DNA of 64,000 bases from Schizosaccharomyces osmophilus (taxonomy: Eukaryota): NCBI RefSeq assembly GCF_027921745.1, contig NC_079239.1, positions 3,038,001-3,102,000 of the forward strand, in the 5' to 3' direction. How positions within the stretch are numbered: position 1 is the stretch's first letter; each line of letters starts with the position of its first letter. A model generated the notes under the pieces. The model saw only the letters and a list, made by a program, of their open reading frames with translations. It ran no database searches and had not been told where the DNA came from. A program made the position numbers and the translations under genes. Positions 26,201-37,220 of this stretch are shown piece by piece.

Positions 26201-27983
26201 GAAGGATACTAGCCGACCTGCTTACAAAGATCAAGAAAACATTCTGAGTGTGTATGCTCGACGCCATGAATGGTATCGCCAATGCCGCTCACACTATTTT
26301 ATCAGCCCCGTTTTGGACGAGACGGTTGTAGAGGAAAAGATTGAATATTCGATGTCTAGATTTTTGGAAGTTATTACAGGTAAAGCTCAATCCTTGCAAA
26401 AGCTTAAGGAGAAGAAGCGGTCCGCATTTTTGACTTTGAACTTCCCTGATATCGAACAAGCTCTTCCCTTATTAAATGATGTGACTTTGGGATGTGACGC
26501 CATTGAAATTCGCGTTGATCACTTGAAGGATCCTAAAGCTAAGGATGGAGTTCCAACTTTGGACTTTGTGGCAGAGCAGGTTGCTTTGCTCCGATGCCAC
26601 ACCCATTTGCCCATCATCTTTACTGTTCGCACAAAGAAACAGGGTGGCTTATTTCCTGACGATAAAGAGGAAGAAGCTCTTGAATTAGTCTTATCTGCTA
26701 TTCGTTACGGTATTAACTATGTTGATGTCGAATTAGGTTGGAGTATCGAAAGTATAACCAAAATATATGAACACAAGAGAAACACCAAGTTACTTATGTC
26801 TTGGCATGATCTTTCTGGTAGTTGGTCTTGGGCTAGTCCTCAAGAATGGATGCAAATGATCGACTTGGCATCTTCCTTTGCGGATGTTATTAAGCTTGTG
26901 GGTACTGCCAAGGACTTTAAGGACAATTTAGAACTTGAGAACTTCCGTAACTCAGTAACCAGCACGATGAAGATTCCCTTAATTGCTATTAATATGGGAA
27001 GCAAGGGACAACTTTCTAGAGTGTTTAACAAGTTTTTAACACCTGTAACACATCCTGATTTGCCCTCAAAAGCTGCTCCTGGCCAGTTGAGTGTAAAGCA
27101 GTTGAATGAGGCTTTGGCTTTAATTGGTGAGATTGTTCCCAAGAATTTCTATGTCTTTGGCAAGCCAGTTTCGCATTCACGTTCACCAATTCTTCACAAC
27201 ACTGCATACAGATTGTTGGGTCTGCCTCATTCTTACGAAGCTTACGAAACCAACTCCGTTGAGGAAGTGGAAGGTATACTCCGTAGCCCTGATTTCGGGG
27301 GTGCAAATGTTACTATTCCTTACAAGTTGCCTATTATGCAATATATGGATGATTTGAGTCATGAAGCAAGATTCTTTGGAGCTGTAAACACAGTTATTCC
27401 TTCCATGAAGGAAGGGAAGTTGCATCTTCGGGGAGACAATACCGATTGGCGCGGTATCTATGATACCTTTACTGCTGCTTTAGACGGAATGTCTTTGGCA
27501 GGATCCAGTGCTTTAGTAATTGGTGCAGGTGGCACAAGTCGGGCTGCTATTTATACATTGCATCGTTTGGGCGTTTCGGAAATTTACCTAGTGAATCGCA
27601 CATTAGCTAATTCACGTACGGTTGAAAACGTATTTCCACCCGAGTACAATATCAGGGTGTTGGATGCCGATAAGGTAACTCCTGAAGAATTGAATGGTGT
27701 TTCGATTGCTTCAGCCATTTCTACGGTTCCTGCAGACAAGGCCCTCCCTGAAGGAGTGGATCGTTTGGTGAGGGCTTTGATCGCCAGTGGCGATAGACAA
27801 TCTATATTTTTGGATATGGCTTACAAGCCATTGCATACTCCTTTGATGGGTGTTGCTTCTGAGCACGGATGGCGTTGTTCCAGCGGTTTAGAGGTATTGG
27901 TGCGTCAAGGACTCGCTTCTTTCCAAATGTGGACTGGCATGAATCCTCCTTTTGCTCCGGTATATAAAAAGGTGATTGAGTAA
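23265..27983 (+). CDS. aro1: Pentafunctional AROM protein
   Basis: DHQ synthase (GGGVIGDL, LNFGHSIGHA), EPSP synthase (GSKSISNR, GNAGTAARFL, DDHRVAMAF), shikimate kinase (GMRGAGKT), DHQase and shikimate dehydrogenase (SRSP, GAVNT, GDNTD, GAGG) in order. Confidence 0.98.
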   Translation: MSSESDLITVPILGKETVKVGFGLDEYIATEILKEFESSTYVVITDSNIAPHYLEPFEHIFRNAIQKSGAQSRFLSYVIPPGESSKCRATKAEIEDWMLSQSCTRDTLLIAMGGGVIGDLVGYVAATFMRGIRFVQMPTTLLAMVDSSIGGKTGIDAPLGKNLIGAFWQPLRVYVDLLVLHTLSPRQIINGLAEIIKTAAMWNEKDFQLLENNSALLIEEIHKPAVSGEYKFSKIKDLLQKIILSSIRTKCEVVTLDEREGGLRNLLNFGHSIGHAYEAILYPQILHGECVAIGMMKEVELARHLGILKPNAVGRLAKCLVSYNLPVSVNDPKIKKYAGFKTCPVENLILTMAVDKKNQGSKKRVVILKAIGETYEKHATVVSDDEIRFVLSSDVKVDTFTEHSLEVVITPPGSKSISNRALVLAALSQGTCRLTNMLHSDDTQFMMSALESLGAAKFSWEDNGETLVVDGSGGKMSAPKEALYLGNAGTAARFLTGVSALVPTSDKEHGVVLTGNHRMKVRPIGPLVDALRNNGCTVEYLEKEGSLPLSTSSVAGLKGGVIELAATVSSQYVSSILMCAPYASEPVTLKLVGGKPISQLYIDMTIAMMASFGIVVEKSSTEENTYHIPHAKYQSPSKYEIESDASSATYPLAIAAITGTKCTVPNIGSASLQGDSRFARDVLKPMGCLVEQTANSTTVQGPPKGQLKPLEYVDMETMTDAFLTASVVAAVATNAEGDPVTRITGIANQRVKECNRIAAMVHELAKFGVRAGELEDGIYIFGQDYKLLKSPEEGVYTYDDHRVAMAFSLLALLTPSPTVVIDKACVEKTWPSWWDVLKNSFKASMYGSTIDHDEQQNPLSKNASIILIGMRGAGKTTIGKIISKQLNMKFIDLDEWLEDRLAMPIPQVIFKLGWDAFRVEEHKLLREFIHERPYGFVAASGGGVIEMNDSRMLLENYVKNGGIVLHVHRNLDHIVSYLSKDTSRPAYKDQENILSVYARRHEWYRQCRSHYFISPVLDETVVEEKIEYSMSRFLEVITGKAQSLQKLKEKKRSAFLTLNFPDIEQALPLLNDVTLGCDAIEIRVDHLKDPKAKDGVPTLDFVAEQVALLRCHTHLPIIFTVRTKKQGGLFPDDKEEEALELVLSAIRYGINYVDVELGWSIESITKIYEHKRNTKLLMSWHDLSGSWSWASPQEWMQMIDLASSFADVIKLVGTAKDFKDNLELENFRNSVTSTMKIPLIAINMGSKGQLSRVFNKFLTPVTHPDLPSKAAPGQLSVKQLNEALALIGEIVPKNFYVFGKPVSHSRSPILHNTAYRLLGLPHSYEAYETNSVEEVEGILRSPDFGGANVTIPYKLPIMQYMDDLSHEARFFGAVNTVIPSMKEGKLHLRGDNTDWRGIYDTFTAALDGMSLAGSSALVIGAGGTSRAAIYTLHRLGVSEIYLVNRTLANSRTVENVFPPEYNIRVLDADKVTPEELNGVSIASAISTVPADKALPEGVDRLVRALIASGDRQSIFLDMAYKPLHTPLMGVASEHGWRCSSGLEVLVRQGLASFQMWTGMNPPFAPVYKKVIE

Positions 27984-28418
27984 ATAGAAGATAGCTTACA
28001 TTGAATAAAAATGTTCTGGTTATGAAGACTGAAAGTTGAAAGGGCATTATAGCATCTTTATATATTTATTTTTCTCTTCTTTTTTTTTTTAAATTGCTGG
28101 AAAAACTAATCAGCTACAATCCAACATCAAGAAATGAAGAAGGAAATTCCTACTTACTACAATTGAGACACGATCTAGATGGAATGCAAAAAAACATAGG
28201 TATATATTAACTGTTTATAATAAATTATTACCGGATTAGAATCGGAAACTTTCATCATTGCATTCATGCTTCGTATCGGCTTCTTGCAAATAGACAATAA
28301 TGCACATGAAACGAATCAGAAAGAAAAAAGTGTGTTGTACAGAAAAGGGGAAACAAAAGGAAAAATAATAAATGCAATGTCCATAAACGACGTCCAACAT
28401 GCGAATGAAGGATGTTGT

Positions 28419-28733
<315 letters not shown>

Positions 28734-28965
28734 TCAACGAAGAGAAAAAGAAAAAAGTTATACAGTCGAGCGCGACGAAATTAGACCAACAAAGATTGAT
28801 TCCTTACTGGAAATAAGGAAAATATAGAACAGAAAGAGGCAATTGCTTTACAAACGCGTAAGCAATTCCAATATAATGTTTACCAAAGTAATTGCTGTGT
28901 AAAAGTTTGGTGTTTGACAGGTTGTGGAAAATGTGCGGCGCGCTTCCTATATGTTTCATTTCTTC

Positions 28966-28983
28966 ATCAAAAACCCTAACCCC
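28966..28983 (+). promoter_or_regulatory. AACCCT box of the divergent histone H4/H3 promoter (Ams2/Teb1-bound in S. pombe)
   Basis: ATCAAAAACCCTAACCCC lies between the two histone ATGs and is close to the fission-yeast histone AACCCT-box consensus. Confidence 0.85.
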
Positions 28984-29128
28984 AAATGCGATGAAGATGT
29001 GTGACCTCGCGTACATATATATGAAGAGAGAGTTAGAACTTGCCATTAACCAAACATCAACGAATTCGAATTCTTTGGATTTTAGAAAGTTCGAATTGAT
29101 CATAAACAACGCTTTTATTTGATTATAA

Positions 29129-29554
<426 letters not shown>

Positions 29555-30363
29555 GCGCCATCCTGAGGATTGTTTTCGTTTAGCTTTTTGAATGCGACTT
29601 GTGAACGACGCAGTGATTGAAATCTATATTATGTTGGAAAGTGGTCTCAAGTTGGTGTCTTTAGGCGTTGAAAGAATGGAAGGACGAGCAAGGTGAAAGA
29701 AACAGTTGGTCGGAACTTGGTATTGTCATGTTTTTTGTACTGATTTGTTATAAAACCTAACGTTTCTGTATTTATTGGACAAGATGCCTCCCAAATTCAA
29801 CAATGGATCGTGTACATTAATGAATTAAAGCAGTAATAATAATAATAATCATGTTTAATTTTGTATTTCTCAAGGAGTGTGTAACTCAAGGCAAAGTCGT
29901 AGAAGGGAATGTCTGGTAGGGAGAGTGTTACTAGCTGAAAAACAGTCGGTTTGCTTTCAGAAACGGGACTAGCTAAAGCTTGTAAAGGAGTAATTGAAGT
30001 TCCATGTACATATAATTGTAATATCCGTCGAAAAGGCCTTGCTTTGGAAGTTGCATGGATCATTGCCGAGTCCTCTGTAGGCTTCCAACTAGCAGTCAAC
30101 TACTACCATCTTTGTCAGTAGGGAAGTAGTGCGAAACCCCATTTTAAGCGGAAATTTGATTCAGTTATCTGATGATTTATTAAATCTATTTTATCTCTAC
30201 AAATTTTAAAACGCCTGAAACCTTGTCGAAGCGGATAAATCTAACAAGTAGCTGGTTGCGGTGTTCCCTTTCTCTTAGTTTCTTCTTGTTGCCTTCATTC
30301 TCAGGGACTTTTTTTGTTAATATTAAAAGAATTCTTCTCCAAGAACGCATATCTTTTTCAAGG

Positions 30364-32070
30364 ATGCCGTCGACTCCTCATAAAAAAACACTGCCCGTTT
30401 CTTTCCTCTGGACCTTTAGCATTCTGCTCGTTTTACATCTTACATCCGCGTCGTTTCGCGTGATTGACGACTGTGACGAGGTATACAATTATTGGGAACC
30501 GTTGCACTATCTGTTATATGGGTATGGTCTTCAAACATGGGAGTACTCTCCCGAGTACTCCATTCGCAGCTGGTTCTATGTTTTACTGCATGCTATTCCA
30601 GCGACTGTAGCTAAAACTATGGGTCTTAGTCGTCTCCATGTCTTTTATTTTGTCCGTGGTGTTATGGCCTGCTTTTCAGCCTTCTGTGAAGCTACCCTTG
30701 TTCAAGCCGTTGCAAAGAACTTTAATCGTGCTGTGGCCCTTCATCTTACGTCCATTCTATTTGTCAGCTCTGGCATATGGGTTGCCAGTACTAGCTTTCT
30801 CCCGTCGTCCTTTGCCATGAATATGGTCACTTTATCTTTATCCGCCCAGTTAAGCCTTCCTTCTACCAGGCGTACCGTAAAAGTACTTTCGTTCGTCGTG
30901 ATTGGTGCAATTTTGGGCTGGCCATTTTCCGCTGCCTTGTCGATTCCATTTGTTCTTCTCGAACTTATGGATATCAGGCGCCAATTTGTACCTTTGATCA
31001 CCCGCTGGCTGAAAGCTGGTTTGGTTTGCCTTCTGATTGCAGGAGTTTGTATAGCCGTGGATTCTTTCTTTTATCAGAAGTTCGAATTTGTAGCTTGGAA
31101 CATTGTCAAGTACAATGTCCTCGCAAAAGACGGCCGTGGCCCCGACATATATGGTACTGAACCTTGGTGGTATTATTTTGCAAACTTAACTCTGCAACAC
31201 AATATCGCCTTTTGGTTTGCTTTAGCATGTGGTCCTTTTGTATTCATTGCTGCTCTCACCAATTGGATTAATTTAGACTCTTTCCTTGATCTTTCCTCTG
31301 TCATTTCCCCATTTTATCTGTGGTTGCTAATTTTCCTTTTACAGCCTCATAAGGAAGAGCGTTTTATGTACCCCATTTATCCTGTTCTTTGCTTAGCTGG
31401 TGCTGTCGGATTGGATATGTTTATTAAAATTAGCATGAACCTTTACACAAGTATGACACGTAAAGCTGGCTCTACGTTTCCCGTCCGTATTCTTGTCCTC
31501 AGTATTTACGCTCTCATGGGATTCATCAGTATTGCCAGAATTTTGGCTGTCCAAAATTACAATGCGCCGATGGTCGTATATCCTGCCCTTAGATATCTAA
31601 AAGCTTCTGAAAGCCCCATTATGAATGTTTGCGTTGGTAAAGAATGGTACAGATATCCTTCTAGTTTCTTCCTTCCTGAAAACGCTCGCCTCAAGTACGT
31701 AAAGAGTGAGTTTGATGGGATCTTGCCCGCTGAGTTTAAGGAAGACAACGGTACGAGCTGGTGGAATCGTCCTGGCTATTATGAAACCCCTATGTATATG
31801 AACGACTTGAACAATGAAGAACCTACTCGTTATGTCTCTTTGGAAGAATGTGACTTTTTAATAGATTCCGAGTTTACATACTCGAAGCCAACCAAACATG
31901 AGTTGGTGTATTCAAAGGAGCCTGAATGGAAGGTTTTGTTTATGTTTCCTTTTATTGACACGAAGAATACTCCATTTTTGGGAAGAGCCTTGTCAGTTCC
32001 TTTCACCGATCCGAAATGGGGTAGATACGAAGTGCTTACACAAAAGCCCGTGAACATTACATTGCCTTGA
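30364..32070 (+). CDS. alg9: Alpha-1,2-mannosyltransferase (GT22)
   Basis: DCDEVYNYWEPLH, QTWEYSP, GWPF, QPHKEERF and CVGKEWYRYPSSFFLP motifs. ATG at 30364. Confidence 0.95.
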   Translation: MPSTPHKKTLPVSFLWTFSILLVLHLTSASFRVIDDCDEVYNYWEPLHYLLYGYGLQTWEYSPEYSIRSWFYVLLHAIPATVAKTMGLSRLHVFYFVRGVMACFSAFCEATLVQAVAKNFNRAVALHLTSILFVSSGIWVASTSFLPSSFAMNMVTLSLSAQLSLPSTRRTVKVLSFVVIGAILGWPFSAALSIPFVLLELMDIRRQFVPLITRWLKAGLVCLLIAGVCIAVDSFFYQKFEFVAWNIVKYNVLAKDGRGPDIYGTEPWWYYFANLTLQHNIAFWFALACGPFVFIAALTNWINLDSFLDLSSVISPFYLWLLIFLLQPHKEERFMYPIYPVLCLAGAVGLDMFIKISMNLYTSMTRKAGSTFPVRILVLSIYALMGFISIARILAVQNYNAPMVVYPALRYLKASESPIMNVCVGKEWYRYPSSFFLPENARLKYVKSEFDGILPAEFKEDNGTSWWNRPGYYETPMYMNDLNNEEPTRYVSLEECDFLIDSEFTYSKPTKHELVYSKEPEWKVLFMFPFIDTKNTPFLGRALSVPFTDPKWGRYEVLTQKPVNITLP

Positions 32071-32434
32071 ACGTGTTTATGTATTTGATATGAATTTCAA
32101 TGGTTGTTTTGAAGCGACAATTCCAATTTATTGTATACGCTTTCGTTGAAAAACATTAATACTTTCGTTAGAGAATAAGGAAGAAAATTTTTTATTGCAC
32201 CTTTTTGAGTAGTTTCTTTATATATTTAATGAATAATAGCCTGTATGAAATGCATAACATGAGCTAAGTAATTATCGTTGGGTAACATTAAGACCGATTT
32301 TTCCATTCTAATTTACAAGACAGGTACAAAAAAAAAAAAAAAAGATATAAAAATATAAAAAATAAATCAAAAAAAAAGCATTAAGGAAAGTCGGTTGGGA
32401 AAAAGAGGGCGTTGAGAAAAGAGAAATAAAGGTA

Positions 32435-33598
32435 TCATAAACGTTCGATTTGTTTCAGAATAAATGCACGTTCATCGTTAAACTGTTCATCATTCTTTCT
32501 GTCATTATGAAAAACAGAAAGATAAGTAAGTAATTTGGATTTGTTTCGTCGCAAAATTTCCACTACTTCTGGAGACTTCTCGGGGTTGGCGACAAAGAGT
32601 TTGAAGACGTGAAAAGCTTCAAACTGAATATTCTTACTTTTATCTCGTAATAAAATCATCATTAATTTTAAATTTTCTGCAGAAGCCAAATAACGAGTCA
32701 TGACAGAGTAGTTGGCACGATTCAGCAAGATTTCACCCAGCAATTTCAGCGATTGTCGCTTAGTGACATAGTTTACAGAATTTAACAAAACAGTAAAGTG
32801 CGAAAAAAACCGATCAAAGTTCTTAAAGATAAATTCTGCAACGCGATGTTTATGGGTTAGTAAAAGAGCCTACTCAGGATGTTAGTAAATGAAAGCAGAA
32901 GGAATGAAGCGATACTAGCAGAAAGCCTCTTTTCTAATGTGGATGAAATGTAAATGAAAATATCTAAACCAATTTGAGAACTCACCTTGAACGTAGAAAA
33001 CGCATCACTGGCGACATCGAAACTAGGGGCTTGTACCAAGTCGAAAAACAACCAAAACTGATTTGTTTCTAGCAACACCTGATTCAATATATCGTGTCTG
33101 GCACACTCACGTAAAACAGTTCCGGCCGTAAAGGCAGATTCAGGGTATTGGTAATAGGAAATGAGGATGGGGAAAATGTTGGTGTTCCCCATGATATAGT
33201 CGACGGTAGGGCATCGGGAAGCTACTTGTCTACGAAGCATAGCACTGAAAATTAATCCCGTATCCTTGCGGGACTCAAAGTCCAGCTTTCGCAAGTTTCG
33301 CACCAGAAGGAGAAGCACATTCGACTGATAAATTTGCAACGACAATTCTGAAACCTGGTCTGCATGGGGCTCCGTTTCTGCAGTACCGCAAAGAGCAATC
33401 CTTAAGTTTTGCAGGCTCTTTGCAATTTCATCAAACGACTATTTGTTTACATTAGTCAAACATCCTTTATGCTACTTTTCGTCTCCGTTTTCGTACCTTC
33501 TTTTTATCCTGATTTCCCTCTAAACGATGCAGCTGCTCACAAAGATTGCGAACAACATCCTGATTTGATTTAGGTCGTTTCGCAAATAAAAACGACAT
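32435..33598 (-). CDS. pmo25: MO25 family protein, 3 exons
   Basis: Exons 33598-33497 ([11 protein letters not shown]...), 33438-32986 and 32869-32435. Motifs [29 protein letters not shown] and [16 protein letters not shown]. Confidence 0.93.
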
Positions 33599-33909
33599 GC
33601 GGAATCGTTAAGTGATATTCTGCACTCTCCTGTTTTTATCCCATCCTGGTCCCTGCAAGGAGCTGAGTGGGGGTGATGTTAAGCCAGCGTGGGGGGATGC
33701 ATATTCAAACCTGAATGCTAGTGCATCCTCAGTGGGGGAGAATCTTGTAAGCAGAACAGCAAGTGGGGGGATGGATTGGAAGTTTTGTATGGAAAAGTCG
33801 CGACGTTTATTACTGTGAATCGCAGAGACTTGGATCCTTTTTTCCAAATTCAGAGGTCTATAATGTTCCCGCAAGCGACCTTTCTTCAACGCGGTGAATT
33901 TCAATGAAC

Positions 33910-33984
33910 GTAAACAAATATCGTCGTAACAAGTATTGTAAGAAAATAGTGAACGATGCTATGTATTGATAGTAAACAAACAAA
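33910..33984 (+). promoter_or_regulatory. Two forkhead/FLEX-type sites (GTAAACAAATA at 33910; GTAAACAAACAAA at 33972) in the pmo25-klp3 divergent intergenic region
   Basis: Match to the Mei4/forkhead FLEX core GTAAAYA with an AACA extension. Function is not demonstrated. Confidence 0.5.
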
Positions 33985-34545
33985 GGGCAGGAACAATCAT
34001 GAAATGGAAAAAGGGAGTCTATTGAGTTTTAAAGTATTTTCTTTTGAGTATTTTTAAGTGAATACTAGTATCTCTTCGAGGAAAATTTTTGGGGGATCCA
34101 TAGGGTTTAACTTTAGAGGAAAAAGACTTGTTTGCCTTATGACTCGTGACGATTCTTTACACCTTTTTTATTTTACATTTTCTTTGTCTTTATTTTTTCG
34201 TTCTCTTCTTCTTTACAAGTGAAATTCATAGATGGTTTCAAGTATATTCTTCTGGGATACCAACAACTACCAACGAATTCAAGGATAATCTGAAAGGACG
34301 TAACGGAAATTCAATACTTGTCTTTAACTCATTCAAACAACTCATTGCTGATTAACATTGTGATTTGTTTGGTTGGTTTCTACAAATCCAAAGAGCTAAA
34401 CTCCTCTCGCTCCTCTTCTTTTTTCCATAAAACTTTCATTTGCCTTTTAGAGCAAGCAAAATTCTTTGTGCTCTAGATTCCTCCTTTCATTTCTATTCCA
34501 CTTTAGTGTTCCGTCCGAATTTGTAAAGTGTGATACATTTATGGA

Positions 34546-36482
34546 ATGACTTCTGTCAAAGTTGTTTCAAGGATTCGTCCATCAAATCCTTTTGAAAAAT
34601 CTTTAGGATTTGAAGAGATTGTATCCCCTTTGAATGAAAATACTATGCATATAAATGTTTGTAATCAAGCTTTTACCGAATCTTCTGGCTTTTGCTTTCA
34701 CGCTTGAATTCTCTTGCTAACAGCGTTTAGACAAATGATTACACAGGAAATTTTGTTTTCGACAGAGTCTTTGGATCCGACAGCACTCAAGAGGATCTGT
34801 TTTCCTATTCTATCAAACCTACAGTGGACGGTAAGAAATTCCAGACGGCGTTTAAGAAAACCTCGCAGCTTGTATTTATTAATCTATGTATCTTTTTTGC
34901 CTTATGCTAATGAGTAGATTTATTTCAAGGATACAATGGCACCGTTTTAGCCTACGGCCAGACGGGGTCTGGGAAAACGTATACAATGATGGTATAGTGG
35001 GCTTCCAAGCAAGGAATGTGCTAACTTCGAAACAAATAGGGCGTGGAAGGAGATCCTGAAAACTCAGGTTTGACTCCGAGAATGCTTCATAGGATATTCG
35101 ACAAAATTCGATCGTCTCCCTCAACAACCGAATACGAAGTGAAGGTTTCTTATATGGAAATCTACATGGAAAAAATTCGGGATCTACTTTCTCGTATGGT
35201 TTGCATATTTATCTTTGCGTTGGATTTGTAAAACTAACTCATGATAGCTGACAATGATCATCTGACCGTTCACGAAAACAAACTCCAGGGTGTTTATGTT
35301 GAAGGATTGAAAACCGTATATGTATCGAGTGAAGCAGAAGCGTTTCAGATTTTGAACCAAGGGATGAATTCTCGAGCGGTCGCAAGTACCAACATGAATG
35401 CTACTAGCTCTCGATCCCATTCGATCTTCGTTGTAGAAGTTGTACAGACCAATAACTCCTCTGGAGAAACAAGGCGTGGTCGTTTATTTCTAGTAGACCT
35501 TGCAGGTTCTGAAAGTGTGGGCAAAAGCGGTGCCGTTGGGCAAACGCTTGAAGAGGCAAAAAAGATTAACCGGTCACTTTCCACCCTGGGAATGGTCATC
35601 AATTCCTTAACAGAAAACAAACACGGTCATACACCTTATCGTGATTCCAAGCTGACCAGAATCTTGAAAGAATCTTTGGGTGGTAACTCTCGAACGACGC
35701 TGATTATCAATTGCTCTCCTAGCATTTACAATGCTAGCGAAACACTCTCTACATTGCGTTTTGGCAACCGTGCCAAGAATATAAAAAACAAGGTTGTCGT
35801 TAATTCAGAGCTTTCCATGGACGAAATGAAGCGGAAACTGCACTTTTACAAAGAGTTATTGTCACATTGTGACTGTAATCTTTTTGAAAAAGTTAAACTC
35901 TCTAGCAAAGAAGACCCATCGAATCTGTTTTTGGAAGCAGAAGAAACTCCTTCAATGCATGACCATGTGTCTGCAAAACATTCAACGGGAACAACATCAA
36001 TAGACAATTTTCATGACATGGCCTTTGAAGTGGACAACGATTCGACACAAACTGGCTCGCAAATCCTTGACTCTGCCAATTCCAAGACAGAGGCCGTTGA
36101 ACAGTTGTACGCGAGAGCACAGACTGAGCTCAAAAATCGGGATGGCCTACTATGTTCTACTCGCCAACAGCTTTCGTATCTTATGGAAGCGTTGGGAGAT
36201 GCCCATAAACGATACGTTGAATTAGTGCAAAACCATCGAACGAAAGAGGAGACAGATAACACGTCTCAAGCATCTTCGACTGTTGAAACCCCATCCGGCA
36301 TAGAAAAACAAGACGAAGATCAAGTAAACCAAGAACGTGAATTACTTTTACAGAAACTGAGCGTTTTGGATACATCATTGACGTCTTTGGTGTATGTTCA
36401 GCAACGGCTTCTTCAAGCTGTCTCGTCTAATAAACGTCCAGGAAGCGGGACTGTTGTAAAAAAGATTCAAGGAGGACACTGA
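34546..36482 (+). CDS. klp3: Kinesin-1 heavy-chain-like protein, 5 exons
   Basis: Exons 34546-34656, 34731-34830, 34918-34991, 35040-35193 and 35248-36482 splice in frame. Canonical YGQTGSGKT, NATSSRSH, DLAGSE and PYRDSKLTR motifs; C-terminal VVKKIQGG (IAK-like) tail. Confidence 0.92.
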
Positions 36483-37220
36483 TACTGATACTGACACTGA
36501 GGTATTGCTTTCGAATTTATTTTCAGTCAACTGTCTTTCATTACATACTACAATCAATCGAAAATTGCATTGTGGCCATACCATACTCATCATCTCTAGC
36601 TCTACATTCTGTTCTACCTGGATAGCAGACGACCTACTACGAATTCAATCCTACTTTGTTGAACGGTGATCATACAAAATTTTCTTTCATTTTCTTTTTT
36701 TCTCTCTGACATTTTAAGGCCACCTTAGAAGTTATTAATTAAGCTGCTTTTTCATTATTGGGCAGTATCTACTTTACTGGGTATCCACTATATCATATCG
36801 ACGCTAGGTTCTCAGACTAAATTAGATTGTTGAGCCTCACTAAAAGGTGATCAGATCCGAAAAATATCGAAGATTATGAAGTTGTCCTTTGCATATTTCA
36901 GGATTTCTTTTTATTATTTGAATGCTAAAATTATAGCGACAAAAAATTGGCCGTTGGCTTTTGATATTTTTGAACGCTGTTAGACAAGACGAAGTCAAGC
37001 ATAGAATTCTTGTGCGCGTTTGTTTCTTTGGAACTTAATTGTCTGGATTTATTTTGGCGTAATTGATTCCTATGGTCAAAAATTTCTCATAAGCTTCTTT
37101 CATTTTTATACTACTTTCCATATATATAGTCATATTTGGTCCTTTTGACTTTGGTCTCGTTTTATACTCAATTGCTGTTAGACGAAATTAATTGCAGATT
37201 TCGGTATTCTTTTGCCTGTT

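Noticed and set aside
29797..30099. 100-aa minus ORF and local hairpins between H3 and alg9
   Set aside because: Non-ATG start, runs through a TAT microsatellite, and I could not build a convincing H/ACA or C/D structure. An Rfam search would settle it.
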